IMG/VR virus record: IMGVR_UViG_3300032312_002037
Coordinates: 1 to 64,000 of that record
Source: a virus
Lineage: Duplodnaviria > Caudoviricetes
DNA length: 64,000 nucleotides
Reading direction: 5' to 3' (one strand)
Shown here: piece after piece, positions 8,984-18,072 of the stretch
Position numbering within the stretch: the first letter of the stretch is position 1
How the letters are laid out: each line of letters starts with the position of its first letter
Made by a program: the position numbers and the translations under genes
Notes under the pieces: model-generated
The model's input: only the letters and a program-made list of their open reading frames with translations
What the model was told of the DNA's origin: nothing
Database searches by the model: none

Positions 8984-9740
8984 AGATTTAGAAAAGATTT
9001 GTAACTATGTAGAATCCACAAAGCCTTCTTTACCACAAGCTCAAATGATTTTTATGGATTGGGATGAAGTACCCAATGAAGAATATCAAAGAGAATTAAA
9101 AAGAAAGAATCGTGAGCTTGTGATTGATGCTATTGTAGATGATAAGGTAGAAGAGTTCAAGAATAGAGAACCGTTTTCAAATCCATTAGATAACGAAAGT
9201 TATATGATGACTATAACCCCTAAACTTAATTCTATTAATGTTCAAGGTAAAACCTACTTAGATTTATTTGACATCTACAATGATGTTATGATGACATTAG
9301 AATCAATAACATCTAAGCCTATGATTGTTCCACAAAATTTGAATGTTTCTATTCAAAAGGATTCAAATCTAACAGATTATGAAAATGAGTCATCAACATC
9401 AAGAAGAGTTATTACAAGAATAATGATGGTTAGTAATTTAATATCATCAACTAGTAGAACAGGACCAGCCAATACTATTATAGTTGGCTTAGATGCTTAT
9501 AAATATCTTATGATTTCTAATGCAATGATGACTAATAATGATGGTGTTGTAACTGGGAATATTAACGGAATGAATGTTATACCATCACCTTATATTAAAT
9601 CTAATAAGATTATTATGATGAGAAATGTTCAGAAAACTGAGAATGGATTAAACGTAATAAACTGTCCAAATGATATGAGATACTTCTTAAAAGAAACAAC
9701 AAATTGGGATAAGATTATAAATTGGTTTGAAATTATCTAG
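8967..9740 (+). CDS. Degenerate major-capsid-protein paralog
   Basis: VITRIMMVSNLISSTSRTGPANTIIV..GNINGMNVIPSPYIKSNKIIM aligns by eye to this genome's MCP segment LITKIAHASNFIATEGRVGPAQYLIT..GSIGDISIYVDPYMRYNDNRIV. Confidence 0.7.
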   Translation: MTISSKDLEKICNYVESTKPSLPQAQMIFMDWDEVPNEEYQRELKRKNRELVIDAIVDDKVEEFKNREPFSNPLDNESYMMTITPKLNSINVQGKTYLDLFDIYNDVMMTLESITSKPMIVPQNLNVSIQKDSNLTDYENESSTSRRVITRIMMVSNLISSTSRTGPANTIIVGLDAYKYLMISNAMMTNNDGVVTGNINGMNVIPSPYIKSNKIIMMRNVQKTENGLNVINCPNDMRYFLKETTNWDKIINWFEII

Positions 9741-10272
9741 AGGCAACTCTAACTTTATCATACTTTATAAGTAATTTATAAAGTTTTTCATATTCATCAT
9801 TTGGGTTTTCAACAAGTTTTTCAAACCACTTATTATTATTGAAATATTCAACTAACATTCCGACTCTAAAATCTTCTTTCTTAGTTGGTTTCCAATATCT
9901 TTTAGATTCTACAAATGAGAATGACGTACCATTATGTAAATAAGACATATTATCAGAATCCGTGTTGTACATAACAATACCCAGAGGCTTCTCAGAACCG
10001 TCTCTAAATATCTTTTTAGCATTAGTCTCATTTGTGTATTTAATAATAGCACACTCTTCGTGAAAATGATTCAATAAGAAGATAACATCTTTTCTTAAAG
10101 TATCATTATCAACACGACCATAAGCCATAACTGAGTCTTCGTATTGACCCTTATAATAACCTTTAATAGGTAATACCTGATATTCTTTAGCGTATAAAAT
10201 AGATATCATATCCTCTAATCGTGGAGATGATAATAGAATAAATGAAGCATCTTTATGTTCTAATCCTGTCAT
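9733..10272 (-). CDS. Hypothetical protein
   Basis: 179-aa ORF preceded by the TAATATATA motif. Confidence 0.7.
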   Translation of the reverse strand: MTGLEHKDASFILLSSPRLEDMISILYAKEYQVLPIKGYYKGQYEDSVMAYGRVDNDTLRKDVIFLLNHFHEECAIIKYTNETNAKKIFRDGSEKPLGIVMYNTDSDNMSYLHNGTSFSFVESKRYWKPTKKEDFRVGMLVEYFNNNKWFEKLVENPNDEYEKLYKLLIKYDKVRVASR

Positions 10273-10297
10273 AAAGTATATATTAAAAATATAATAC

Positions 10298-10447
10298 TTA
10301 ATCTGTAACAGTGTAGATATTAAGTAGGTCTTTTTTAGATAATTTTTTTAATTTTGAAAAGTACTCAATGGCTTCTTCTAAAGATGATGCTAAAAATTTA
10401 GCAAATGATTCATTAGAAATTTTAGATTTTAAATGATATTGTTTCAT
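10298..10447 (-). CDS. Small hypothetical protein
   Basis: Likely start MKQYHLK; the track's extension overlaps the upstream gene. Confidence 0.5.
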   Translation of the reverse strand: MKQYHLKSKISNESFAKFLASSLEEAIEYFSKLKKLSKKDLLNIYTVTD

Positions 10448-10472
10448 ATAATTATATATTATATTAATTTTT

Positions 10473-11708
10473 CTAAATAAGTCCAAATTCTTCATAAAGT
10501 TTCGTTTGGAATATAGCCCAAACCGAATCTCTGTAAGACTTTTGCATAATAATGCTATCATGAACGGTGACTAAATTTATTTCAGGATAAAGTGTCATTA
10601 TTTGTCTAATTATCTTATTGAAGATAAGATTACTTTCAGACTTCTGTAATTCATAAGCCAACACTTTATAATCACCATGTTCTTTTTTATATAACTTAAT
10701 AAAAGTATGTATAGTTGGAAATAAACTACTAAATATTTTATCAGCTTTGCTATTAACGCCATTTCTACCAAAGAGAACTTTATATGTTAATTCTTTAACC
10801 ATGCCTCTATCTTTTGTGCTAATATGGTCCATTATATAATTATAGTAAGTACCGTTTATTGTAAGACTCTTAAACAGTTCAAATTCGTCTTGCATTACCC
10901 ATTTACTACCAGAGTCTTGTATTAATTTAGTTAAAAAAAGAGGCTGAGAATTCTTAATATCAATCTCAGCTGTTTCCTCGCCATTAATCAATAAACAGTT
11001 TTTTCTAATAAATGATTTTAGGATGGTGAAGTTAGTGTGCATACGACCATAACTATCAAAGTGATAGAATATGTGTTTATCATTAATACACTCTACTGAA
11101 TATTTATTTCTATTATAAATATCAACATCATCACTTTTTAATGTGTCTAAGTAAAATATTGATCTATCAAACTCAATTTGAATTTTAAATAAGTCATTAA
11201 CTAATTTAATCTTGATGTCATTATCAATTAAAGAGTTCTCTAATTTATCTTCTTCAATCTGAGCTACTTTTGCCTTATACTTTTTCAGTAAAACTTTATC
11301 ACTATTATTAAATCGAATGATAGCACCTCTTAAAATATATTCATTAATAGCATATACTCTAGCACTCTTACCCTTTTGATGTTTTGCTAGTAAAACTAAA
11401 ATGCCTTTCTCTATAAGAAAGTCCATATAATAGTTATAAAGATAGCCGTACTTTTCTTTAAGAATAGGAGACATTAGGTGAAATCTATTATCTTTCTTAA
11501 AATAATACTTTAGTATTAAATTGTGAATAATATCAATCAAATAAGATGATTTTAACTTTTGACCTTTATAAGTAAAATTCTTTTGTTTGGAGATTGGTTC
11601 TAGTGATGCTGGAAGAAATTGTAAACTACATTTTTTACCTTCTAAATTCTTCTTAATTGATGAGTATGATTCTATATCACTTAACTTAATTACACTGGAA
11701 ACCGTCAT
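10473..11708 (-). CDS. Compact family-A-like polymerase (palm/fingers) protein
   Basis: Motifs YGRMHT, motif A EIDIKNSQP, motif B KELTYKVLFG, LQKSES, motif C TVHDS. No exonuclease domain is recognisable. Confidence 0.65.
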   Translation of the reverse strand: MTVSSVIKLSDIESYSSIKKNLEGKKCSLQFLPASLEPISKQKNFTYKGQKLKSSYLIDIIHNLILKYYFKKDNRFHLMSPILKEKYGYLYNYYMDFLIEKGILVLLAKHQKGKSARVYAINEYILRGAIIRFNNSDKVLLKKYKAKVAQIEEDKLENSLIDNDIKIKLVNDLFKIQIEFDRSIFYLDTLKSDDVDIYNRNKYSVECINDKHIFYHFDSYGRMHTNFTILKSFIRKNCLLINGEETAEIDIKNSQPLFLTKLIQDSGSKWVMQDEFELFKSLTINGTYYNYIMDHISTKDRGMVKELTYKVLFGRNGVNSKADKIFSSLFPTIHTFIKLYKKEHGDYKVLAYELQKSESNLIFNKIIRQIMTLYPEINLVTVHDSIIMQKSYRDSVWAIFQTKLYEEFGLI

Positions 11709-11739
11709 ATAAATTATATGAAAATATAAGTGTATGTTT

Positions 11740-11931
11740 CTATTTTTGGAAGATTTTATTAATAGATTTTTTTCTCTTAGAAATTCGTTCTTTGTGCAGC
11801 TCTTCTTTCAAAAGTTTGACAAATTCACTTTCAATATCTAAGCCATGATAACTATTTAAATCATGAGCCAACTCACGAGTCCAATTGGCTATCAAAGCTC
11901 TCACTTCAGCTTTAACCTCAACACTTCTCAT
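11740..11931 (-). CDS. 63-aa gp23-like capsid fragment
   Basis: RALIANWTRELAHDLNSYHGLDIESEFVKLLKEEL resembles the conserved gp23 segment R.LKA.WT.ELAQDL.A.H..D.E.EL..IL..EI. Confidence 0.65.
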   Translation of the reverse strand: MRSVEVKAEVRALIANWTRELAHDLNSYHGLDIESEFVKLLKEELHKERISKRKKSINKIFQK

Positions 11932-13313
11932 TATTTAGTAGGATTTTTAGATGGTCCTTCTTCTGGCACTGGTAAGCCTTTACCACCTTTACCCCTTTTC
12001 TTCTTTTGCTCAGGTGTTCCTTTTTCAAACTCTGAATAAACATCAGGATAAACATCACCTTCACCATCCTGGTCATATTGAATCTCAAAGAAATCACCAA
12101 AGTCAAGTAAACCGGCTCTTGTTAATTCAACTTCATGTACTTTATTTAGATACTTCTCAATATAAACATTAATATCATTGACAAATGTGTTAAATAATAT
12201 AACTGTATTATCAGTAAATACACCAATAGCTTTTTTTCTTTTCTTATTAAATGAACCTAAAATAACTTTGAAGATATATTCTAGCTTGTCAGACTCTTTG
12301 ATATAATCTTTAGTTAATTTATTGGGAATTAATTCTGTATTGATTTTGAATTTTTCCTTATCAAAGAACTCAGGAACAACAAAGTCAAAGTCTAACAAAT
12401 CTTGTTTTACTTCAGCAACATAAACATTGAATAATTTAGACATTAAATAAATATAAGACTCATCTCTTTTATCACCTTTTAACCTGACCTCATCTAAATT
12501 AAATGACTGACAGAAGTTTAAAAAGTTAACTAATATAAGAGTATAAATTTCAACAAACTCTGTTGAATTACCATCACTTATTCTTCTATATAAAGGATTT
12601 AATATTTCAAATGAAATGTCACCTTTTTTAGTTCTTACAATAAGTTTTTCAAGATTTGCCTGATAATCTTCATCATTCATTAAGAATGAATTGACTAAAC
12701 TTGGATTTAATATTTTATAGAAAAAGAAAGCAAATGATTTTTCACCAAATACATATTCCAAATCATCTTCACTTGTGTTAATAAAGTATTTAATAGCTTC
12801 AATCATTCTTTCAGTTAATTTACCTTGAAAAACAATTGGTAACATATCAACATCAAACAATCTAGCATACTCATCTAACTCTTCTACGCTGAAATCATAT
12901 TTACCACCTTTATTAATAGCGGTTAAAACTAAATGATTTTTGGGAACTCTATCATATTCAATATTAGCTGGTTGTTCATCCGGAAAATATTCAAAACAAA
13001 ACCACCATTTTTTATTCAATAAAGATTTAATTCTAGTATCAAGTGATTCTAAATATTTAATACCTGGATTATAATAGTTTTGAATAGCCAAATCAACAAG
13101 ATTAAGTTTTTCACTACTCATTGACTTTGGTTTAATAGTAAATTCTTTACCATCCCAATTAACCCATATTTTTGACCCCTGTATATCTTCAAACACAACG
13201 ATTTCACTATCAAATATAGAACTAAGAAGTTCTTGGTCATTATTTCCGTTTAATGTTACTAATTTACTCATATCTTTATTATACACTCTTTTTGATTTTT
13301 GTTTTTTTATCAT
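11931..13313 (-). CDS. Hypothetical protein with a degenerate RNA-ligase-like (nucleotidyltransferase) N-terminus
   Basis: VVFEDIQGS occupies the KxDG motif position without the Lys; FCFEYF and LPIVFQG resemble later ligase motifs. Confidence 0.45.
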   Translation of the reverse strand: MIKKQKSKRVYNKDMSKLVTLNGNNDQELLSSIFDSEIVVFEDIQGSKIWVNWDGKEFTIKPKSMSSEKLNLVDLAIQNYYNPGIKYLESLDTRIKSLLNKKWWFCFEYFPDEQPANIEYDRVPKNHLVLTAINKGGKYDFSVEELDEYARLFDVDMLPIVFQGKLTERMIEAIKYFINTSEDDLEYVFGEKSFAFFFYKILNPSLVNSFLMNDEDYQANLEKLIVRTKKGDISFEILNPLYRRISDGNSTEFVEIYTLILVNFLNFCQSFNLDEVRLKGDKRDESYIYLMSKLFNVYVAEVKQDLLDFDFVVPEFFDKEKFKINTELIPNKLTKDYIKESDKLEYIFKVILGSFNKKRKKAIGVFTDNTVILFNTFVNDINVYIEKYLNKVHEVELTRAGLLDFGDFFEIQYDQDGEGDVYPDVYSEFEKGTPEQKKKRGKGGKGLPVPEEGPSKNPTK

Positions 13314-13395
13314 AAGTATATATAAAAAACCGGCTCTCTAAAATAGAAGAAATGAGATTTGATAATTAATATATACAAAAAAGTAGTTCTATAAA

Positions 13396-13854
13396 ATGAC
13401 TTATAAAGATAATCAACCCACATTCAATGTAAATAGAAAAGTAGTTAACTTCAAAGACTTCTTAGCTAATCCTAATGCTGAAAAAGAAGAATTGAAGAAA
13501 ATGGATAGACAAAACAAGCCTAATACTGATGACCAACAAAAAAATATGGCTAACTCAAGATATAAATTCAATAACACAACTCGTAAGATGGATGATTTAA
13601 GTCCAGATGAAATCGAAGATAATATTGAAGCTATTGAAGGATTAGAAGAGGGTATAAACAATGACTCTATGTATGCTATCAGTGAGTATTTCAACAAGAT
13701 AAAAAATGAAATGAATCTTTTAGAAAGTTGTCTTAAAAATGCTCGTTCAGAAGAACTACAAGAATACCTTAATGAATTTATGAATGTAAAAATAGGATTT
13801 GATTCACTTTATAAAAAGTTTGAAGATTTTGATAATAAACACTTTGGAAGATAA
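13396..13854 (+). CDS. Hypothetical acidic/coiled-coil protein
   Basis: 152-aa ORF with TAATATATA upstream and a terminator at 13857-13884. Confidence 0.7.
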   Translation: MTYKDNQPTFNVNRKVVNFKDFLANPNAEKEELKKMDRQNKPNTDDQQKNMANSRYKFNNTTRKMDDLSPDEIEDNIEAIEGLEEGINNDSMYAISEYFNKIKNEMNLLESCLKNARSEELQEYLNEFMNVKIGFDSLYKKFEDFDNKHFGR

Positions 13855-13883
13855 TTAAAAAACCTCAGATTTCTCTGAGGTTT

Positions 13884-14108
13884 TCATTTTAGTATTTTAT
13901 TTAGTTTATATTCTCTTTTATCTTCCAATTCTAATGGTTCAGTTATTAATTCACCATCTGATATTTTAATTTGCCATTTATTACCAGTTTTCTCATCTAA
14001 TAAGACTAACTTACTAACAATAGTAGCACCATCAGAATCAACATTAATAGCGGTTGAGTTTGAGGCGTTATTTATACTAAATACACTGGGATTACAAGCT
14101 ATTGCCAT
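13884..14108 (-). CDS. Small hypothetical protein
   Basis: 74 aa ending in KREYKLNKILK. Confidence 0.65.
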   Translation of the reverse strand: MAIACNPSVFSINNASNSTAINVDSDGATIVSKLVLLDEKTGNKWQIKISDGELITEPLELEDKREYKLNKILK

Positions 14109-14844
14109 CTAAAATATTATCAATTTTTATATCTCTTTGTAGCCATTTATATTGTTTAAATGCCTCAGAGTTTTCATTCTCAATAACAAAGATTAATTTT
14201 GAATCTCCTACATTATAATCAATATTATACTCTATAACAATTCTAGAACCCAATAAACTTGAAGGTGTAGATTCGTAAGCCTTCATTTCACCTATATTGA
14301 ATTCAACTCCATTGAATAAACATATTCTACCATCATCATATTTCATATATGGATCATTATAAACCTCAACACGACCACTCAATCGACCACAAAACTCGGA
14401 CAAACCAATGGTCTTTAAGTCATTTGTTGTCATATAAGACATAAAAGCCACACTATTTTGTAATTCAGAAGATATAAGTCCAGTGGTAATTAAATTCTTG
14501 TAGTCATTACTAAGTATCAAACTAACTAATTTTTCAAGATTTTTTCTACCAGTCATTAAAGAGTCGTCATGTCTTAAATCTAAATAGTCAAACTTATTAG
14601 TAGTAAATAATTTTCTATTAAATAACTTATTTACATCTTGACTAATTTCACTTTTAATGGCATTAATCAAATAAGCACTCATATCTATATTAAGATATTC
14701 ATTTTTCATTTCTGATGTTAAGATCGGAACTGAAAACTTCCTAGTCTCAAAATTAGTAAGATTTTTATTCTCAATCATCCAACTTTGAGTAATAATAAAC
14801 TCCTTTGAGTTACTATTAAATAAATCAACTATATTATTACTCAT
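14092..14844 (-). CDS. Degenerate major-capsid-protein paralog
   Basis: GRLSGRVEVYNDPYMKYDDGRICL matches MCP GSIGDISIYVDPYMRYNDNRIVL; SEISQDVNK matches NELSQTISK; RIVIEY matches RMLLRSRY. Confidence 0.75.
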   Translation of the reverse strand: MSNNIVDLFNSNSKEFIITQSWMIENKNLTNFETRKFSVPILTSEMKNEYLNIDMSAYLINAIKSEISQDVNKLFNRKLFTTNKFDYLDLRHDDSLMTGRKNLEKLVSLILSNDYKNLITTGLISSELQNSVAFMSYMTTNDLKTIGLSEFCGRLSGRVEVYNDPYMKYDDGRICLFNGVEFNIGEMKAYESTPSSLLGSRIVIEYNIDYNVGDSKLIFVIENENSEAFKQYKWLQRDIKIDNILDGNSL

Positions 14845-15041
14845 ATCAATTCAAATCTTTTTTGCCCATCTTCCGATGTTGAGTTCCAGATATCTAAAGG
14901 TCTAGCATAAATAGAGCCAAAATTTATAGACTTATAGACTACTAACTTTTCTCCTGTTTCTGTATGAGTGGTTAAAGTAATTACTTCATAAGTACCACCT
15001 TTATAATGCTTATATCTCTGTCTCGGTAAAGGGTATTCCAT
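14841..15041 (-). CDS. DUF1653-family protein
   Basis: YKHYKGGTYEVI..HTETGEKLVVY...YARPLDIW signature. Confidence 0.85.
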   Translation of the reverse strand: MEYPLPRQRYKHYKGGTYEVITLTTHTETGEKLVVYKSINFGSIYARPLDIWNSTSEDGQKRFELI

Positions 15042-15043
15042 AT

Positions 15044-15634
15044 TTATTTTTTTATTATAAACACGATATCATCATATCTATTTTTGAAATTTCTAGTATC
15101 AACAATCTCAATATTTTTTCTATATTCTAAAGGGACTTCATTTTGTAATATATCACACCAGTGAATATCTTGAACATCCTCAATTATAAGATATCCTTCT
15201 TTTTTAACAATTGGTAAATATCTTCTAATACATTCTATCATTGATCGTAAAGTATGTGGACCATCATCAATAATAACATCAAATCCATCAGGTCTAGCAC
15301 TTTTAATAGCATTAAATCCATAATCTGAATAAGCATCTCCTAAGTGAAAGATACATTTATCTCCAATCATATCAATTATCACTTGATTAAGTTGGTCAAT
15401 ATCAGAAAAAGATAATTTAGCATTTGGTAAATACTTACTCCAAAGTAAGGCAGACCCACCAGATTGTACACCTATTTCTAATAATGTACAATCTTTATTT
15501 TTATATTGTGATAATATTTCTTCATACATACCGGTATAAGTATGTGAGGATCCTTTATCAGTATGGGCTAGATTAGTATCTAATATACCTTTAATTATAC
15601 CTAGTATTTCTTCAGACTCGAATTTATATGACAT
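15044..15634 (-). CDS. Class I SAM-dependent methyltransferase (sugar O-methyltransferase-like)
   Basis: Motifs LLEIGVQSGGS, FDVIIDDGPH, GYLIIEDV. Confidence 0.8.
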   Translation of the reverse strand: MSYKFESEEILGIIKGILDTNLAHTDKGSSHTYTGMYEEILSQYKNKDCTLLEIGVQSGGSALLWSKYLPNAKLSFSDIDQLNQVIIDMIGDKCIFHLGDAYSDYGFNAIKSARPDGFDVIIDDGPHTLRSMIECIRRYLPIVKKEGYLIIEDVQDIHWCDILQNEVPLEYRKNIEIVDTRNFKNRYDDIVFIIKK

Positions 15635-16586
15635 CTTGAATGTTTAGTTTTTTACCAGTAACTGGATCGTAATTCAAAATCAATAACTCAACACCTTTGG
15701 CTTGTTCACCTTTACCTTCAGAGTTATTACCACCTTGTGCCGAACTTCTAAATACTTCTTTTTCAGTCCAGATGTATTGATCTCTTGGTAACAATTCTTC
15801 TAACAAAGGGAAATAGTAATATGATAATGACCAACGAGATTTAGATTTCTTAATTAAATCCAATAATCTTCTATGTGACGCAGGTCCAAACATACCTTCT
15901 TTATCAGCACCATACCAAGATAATCTCTTAGCATCATCATCACCATTCTCATCAGGTCTGTGATAAGGAGGATCTAAATATAAGTAAGTATCTTCAGCAT
16001 CATATTGATTGATTAATTCTTCAAAATCAATATTATAGAAGTCAGTAATAGTAGCCAATTTAGATGTATATTTGTTCTTTTTCAATTTATCAATAAGAAC
16101 TTCTAACTTCAAACGGTCTTTATCTTTTTTATAACCATTGAAACCAGCACCACGGGGATAAACTGAGTTATGTGCTGATGTAATTAAGAAAGCATAGATA
16201 GACGCTTTTTTGAAATCACCAATCTCAAAATCCATATTATCTAAGAAATCATTCTTAATATATCTTTTGTAAATCTCTTTATAGAAATCCCATTTCTTCA
16301 ATGGATCAGTTTCATCGGTATGAAGTAAAGTTCTTTTCAAAGCTTCTAAATACTTAACGAATTCTTCTGGTTGAGTACAACACTTGTATAGATTCGTCTG
16401 GTGACGATTTTTATCGTTATAGACAACTACATCAAACTTTAAGTTTGGGTCGTCCATATACGTTCCCATTGAACCAGAGAATGGTTCTATGTAGGTTTTA
16501 ATACTACCGTCTTTGGGGATTTTTGAATTTATGAATTCAATAAAAACATTGGAGCTCTTGCCGCCAAAGTATGAGATACATGCCAT
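15624..16586 (-). CDS. N6-adenine DNA methyltransferase (Dam/D12 class)
   Basis: Motifs SYFGGK, YIEPFSGS, YLDPPY. Confidence 0.85.
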   Translation of the reverse strand: MACISYFGGKSSNVFIEFINSKIPKDGSIKTYIEPFSGSMGTYMDDPNLKFDVVVYNDKNRHQTNLYKCCTQPEEFVKYLEALKRTLLHTDETDPLKKWDFYKEIYKRYIKNDFLDNMDFEIGDFKKASIYAFLITSAHNSVYPRGAGFNGYKKDKDRLKLEVLIDKLKKNKYTSKLATITDFYNIDFEELINQYDAEDTYLYLDPPYHRPDENGDDDAKRLSWYGADKEGMFGPASHRRLLDLIKKSKSRWSLSYYYFPLLEELLPRDQYIWTEKEVFRSSAQGGNNSEGKGEQAKGVELLILNYDPVTGKKLNIQDVI

Positions 16587-16587
16587 A

Positions 16588-17091
16588 TTAATTTAATTTA
16601 TTTTTGTCTTTTATTATATCTTCGATTGAAGGTTTTTGATTTGATAATTTTAATTCTTCTCTAACTTGCATAAGAATTTTACCTAAATGATTTTCACCTT
16701 TGCCATTACAAACACCCCAGTAAAAATCCCGCCACCAGTTACCCTCGATTAACTCTTGGTCTCCGGTAGATAGTAACATTTCTGATAAAGTTTCTTCTTT
16801 GAATTTTTGACGAACAGCCCAGTTCATAACTTCTAACTTCTTTTCATCCCAACCAGTTCTTAATTTCACTTTGGAACCAAGTCTTTTAACTTCAGCTGGA
16901 TTAATAACTTTAGCAATCATTTCACGAAAATCACCGGGTGTATAATATCTACCATTTATTAGTTGTTGATCATTGACCTTCATAGCCACATAAAAGTTTT
17001 CAACAGAGGGATATGTAATTCCTTGATGTTCTATCTTACACGGATAGAAATTGGATAAGAATCTATAACGACCTTCAAATTTATCAATCAT
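16588..17091 (-). CDS. NADAR (YbiA-like) family protein
   Basis: Motifs FLSNFYP, YPSVENFY, VRQKF, LIEGNWWRDFYWG..GENHLGKILMQVR. Start reassigned to MIDKF because the track start overlaps the tmRNA. Confidence 0.9.
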   Translation of the reverse strand: MIDKFEGRYRFLSNFYPCKIEHQGITYPSVENFYVAMKVNDQQLINGRYYTPGDFREMIAKVINPAEVKRLGSKVKLRTGWDEKKLEVMNWAVRQKFKEETLSEMLLSTGDQELIEGNWWRDFYWGVCNGKGENHLGKILMQVREELKLSNQKPSIEDIIKDKNKLN

Positions 17092-17137
17092 AGTTATTAT
17101 ATCAATCAAATTAATAAAGTTTAACTGTTTAAAATAA

Positions 17138-17159
17138 CAAAAGACCATCGCTGGTCTTT
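17138..17159 (-). terminator. Intrinsic terminator downstream of the tmRNA
   Basis: AAAGACCA-gcga-TGGTCTTT hairpin followed by a T-run on the minus strand. Confidence 0.75.
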
Positions 17160-17166
17160 GTTCTTG

Positions 17167-17548
17167 TGGAGATGACGTTGTACTGCCCAACGTGTCTTTT
17201 TCGGTTGTTAATAATTATTCATTCACAGGCGTAGTAAATTTTTATAAACTTACAAACTTTTTACTTTTTTTGAGAAACTCTAAAAAGTAACAAAAAACCA
17301 TTTCACTCTTTTATTCTTGTGTGAAACAAGTTGGAGAATTTTTTGATAATGAACTGTTGTTAGACAGTCATTAGATCTTCTACCAAGATCATGTTGTTTT
17401 GTAGTGCAAATACTAAATCTTCATTGCTAGCTACTTCGTTTGTTTTGCCATTTACGACTTTACCATCTAATTTATTAATCGGTCATACGACAACCCGATA
17501 CCCGCATAATCACCACCACTCCGCAAATCAATTCTAAAAAACATCCCC
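17167..17548 (-). ncRNA. ssrA: tmRNA (one-piece, about 382 nt)
   Basis: 5' GGGGATG pairs with 3' CATCTCC-A, giving a G3-U70 alanine determinant. The T-arm is ACGTTG-GGCAGTA-CAACGT. An internal UAAAU-GGC resume context opens a 29-codon tag at 17449-17360. It has its own promoter and terminator. Confidence 0.9.
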
Positions 17549-17567
17549 AAGTGTGTATATTATTCTA

Positions 17568-17598
17568 CAAATATATATATAATATTCGAAATATCAAA
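17568..17598 (-). promoter_or_regulatory. Bacteroidota-type promoter for the tmRNA
   Basis: Minus strand TTTG-N19-TATATTTG about 20 nt upstream of the mature 5' end. Confidence 0.7.
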
Positions 17599-17619
17599 AA
17601 AGTTTATAAATTTTAAAAA

Positions 17620-18072
17620 TTACCAAGGATAATCATCATCCTTATCATCTGTAACTACACCATCTTTATCATTATCATCTTCTAACATAAATTCAAATGT
17701 AATCATAGGTGAACCAGATTTAGTTTCCCACATTTCATAAGACGAAGAGTATTGAGCTAAAATATCTTTTTTAATTTTCTTAATAACTTCAAATACTTTA
17801 ACAATATCACTAAGTGATTCTCTTCTAGCAAACCGTGCTGTAATAGATAAATCTAATCCACTATTCTCAACATTAACATCTATATTACTATTATTGAACA
17901 TTGATCTTAAAAGATAACAAAGATGTGACATATCATCATCATCAGAATCATCTTCATCCTCACCTTTATATTCATCTTCTCTTGAATAATCATAATCGTC
18001 TTCGTAATCATATCCATCGATATCATCAAATCCCTCACGTTCAAATAATTGATTAAATTTTTTAAGTTTCAT
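17620..18072 (-). CDS. Acidic hypothetical protein with a CTS-like N-terminus
   Basis: Starts MKLKKFNQLFE and is D/E-rich. Confidence 0.7.
   Translation of the reverse strand: MKLKKFNQLFEREGFDDIDGYDYEDDYDYSREDEYKGEDEDDSDDDDMSHLCYLLRSMFNNSNIDVNVENSGLDLSITARFARRESLSDIVKVFEVIKKIKKDILAQYSSSYEMWETKSGSPMITFEFMLEDDNDKDGVVTDDKDDDYPW

Noticed and set aside
17092-17190. N-terminal extension of the NADAR ORF in the track
   Set aside because: It overlaps the tmRNA 3' end and terminator; MIDKF at 17091 is the plausible start.
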